IMG/VR virus record: IMGVR_UViG_3300045988_109471 | Coordinates: 1 to 14,452 of that record | Length of the DNA stretch: 14,452 nt | Strand: one strand, 5' to 3' | Origin: a virus | Shown here: positions 13,596-14,452 of the stretch, in pieces | How positions within the stretch are numbered: the first letter of the stretch is position 1 | How the letters are laid out: every line of letters starts with the position of its first letter | Position numbers and translations under genes: made by a program | Notes under the pieces: generated by a model | Told to the model about the DNA's origin: nothing | What the model saw: the letters and a program-made list of their open reading frames with translations, nothing else | The model's database searches: none

Positions 13596-13778
13596 TTACA
13601 AGTAAAATTTCCACTCCATGTTCGGATTGACTAGCACGATTTCAAACTCATGTTTTGCAAGTGTGTAAGGCAAGTCACCATATTCACCGGTGTAAATACA
13701 ACGGTCTTTATCATACACGCGAATACTTGTTTTAGACTGCATTGACAGGCATGCACGGTAAAAGTCACGGATTGTCAT
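13596..13778 (-). CDS. Hypothetical small early protein, 60 aa (DFYRxC / TGE motif family, paralog of 297..545)
   Basis: ATG 13778 has AAGGGGA about 10 nt upstream. The track start at 13784 is a TTG. Motif sharing with the left-end gene is described under 297..545. Confidence 0.55.
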   Translation of the reverse strand: MTIRDFYRACLSMQSKTSIRVYDKDRCIYTGEYGDLPYTLAKHEFEIVLVNPNMEWKFYL

Positions 13779-13995
13779 TGCCAAACATCCCCTTTATATA
13801 CTCATCTGCCCATACGGCAAAATCATTATTACATTCGTTGCGTTTATCCTCATTGATAAGGTGCTTTGTTCTGCGTGCCATTGCGCACACGGGCAAGTGG
13901 TCACATGTTGCGCATGATTCATTCACACCGCAATTACACAAAAGGTCATTGATTGCACGCTCAAGCGCGGTGCGCTTTGCTGTGTAGGTTGTCAT
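13765..13995 (-). CDS. Hypothetical Cys-rich small protein, 76 aa (possible zinc-binding)
   Basis: ATG 13995 has a strong RBS (GGAGGAGGTGG) and an ATGA overlap with the upstream gene. Cys residues at 20, 22, 28, 31, 37 and 55 form C-x-C-x5-C-x2-C-x-H-x3-C. Confidence 0.6.
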   Translation of the reverse strand: MTTYTAKRTALERAINDLLCNCGVNESCATCDHLPVCAMARRTKHLINEDKRNECNNDFAVWADEYIKGMFGNDNP

Positions 13996-14156
13996 TTGTA
14001 GACCACCTCCTCCTGTATGGACTCATCAGAAATGCCCATAAAGGACATATAATCTTTTGTCGCAATCAATGCTTCCCTAGTGCTCATGCCCACATATACC
14101 TGCACATGATTAAGCATATCAATTACAAAAATCACCGCTGCATCTCTAATAATCAT
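13992..14156 (-). CDS. Hypothetical small early protein, 54 aa (first gene of the right arm)
   Basis: Its ATG (14156..14154) and RBS AGGGAG lie inside ITR-R and are identical to the initiation region of the left-end gene. The sequence diverges one base after the ATG. Confidence 0.5.
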   Translation of the reverse strand: MIIRDAAVIFVIDMLNHVQVYVGMSTREALIATKDYMSFMGISDESIQEEVVYK

Positions 14157-14452
14157 TTCAAATTCTCCCTTTCTGTGTCGGTATGTCATATAGCGATAAG
14201 TACCCTTATAGTACAATTATAGTATAGCACAGAGCGCCTTTCAGGTACATGTACTATATAACCATACTATGCACAATTGTATCATTCTTATAACTAGCAA
14301 TTGTTACTATGTACACCGGCACGCACGCACTGCCCTGCTTGCAGGTGTGCGCACGCACTTCGGACATGTGTTCGCAGGACATGTACAAGCAACTGTTCAG
14401 AAATCTGTAACGGTGGGAACTGGAATATTACAGAATTCTGTATATAGTACGC
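14153..14452. repeat. Right inverted terminal repeat (ITR-R), 300 bp
   Basis: Exact reverse complement of 1..300 and ends at the last base of the window. Confidence 0.97.
14216..14249 (-). promoter_or_regulatory. Candidate early promoter inside ITR-R, pointing inward (mirror copy)
   Basis: Identical sequence to 204..237 by ITR symmetry. It would drive the leftward right-arm genes starting at ATG 14156. Confidence 0.5.

Noticed and set aside
1-14452. Interpretation as a transposon-like element with terminal inverted repeats (casposon, polinton or pipolin-like, or a linear plasmid)
   Set aside because: No integrase, transposase or Cas1 is present, and there is no flanking host DNA or target-site duplication. 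A full capsid, portal, tail and packaging module indicates a virion-forming phage with protein-primed linear DNA.

Overview
This 14,452-bp window reads as a complete, end-to-end linear dsDNA genome of a very small phi29-like, protein-primed podovirus (Picovirinae/Salasmaviridae-type gene set). The host is probably Gram-positive (Bacillota): GAGGTG/AAGGAG Shine-Dalgarno sites sit 6-9 nt from starts. Bases 1-300 are the exact reverse complement of 14153-14452, giving 300-bp inverted terminal repeats at the exact window ends. The left arm runs rightward: small early gene, putative terminal protein, protein-primed family-B DNA polymerase, p5-like SSB, gp16-like packaging ATPase. The right arm runs leftward: four small early genes, then a near-consensus promoter that fires into an ~80-nt Y-shaped, terminator-like RNA element. 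A leftward late operon follows: YvrJ-like membrane protein, 70-aa ORF, Ala-Pro-repeat scaffold, 107-aa ORF, major capsid, tail knob, M23 peptidase, portal, collar-position protein, beta-helix tail spike. It converges with the ATPase gene on a bidirectional terminator. I saw no tRNA, rRNA, CRISPR, integrase or transposase. Three things stand out. (i) The promoter / structured RNA / U-tract cassette at 13181-13299 is either an attenuator gating the whole late operon or a small-RNA gene with a pRNA-like three-way-junction layout. (ii) The ITRs carry the promoter, 5'UTR, RBS and even the ATG of both terminal genes. (iii) The ITR ends are rich in repeats, as expected for a replication origin. All homology statements are by-eye motif recognition against sequences recalled from memory, not database searches.
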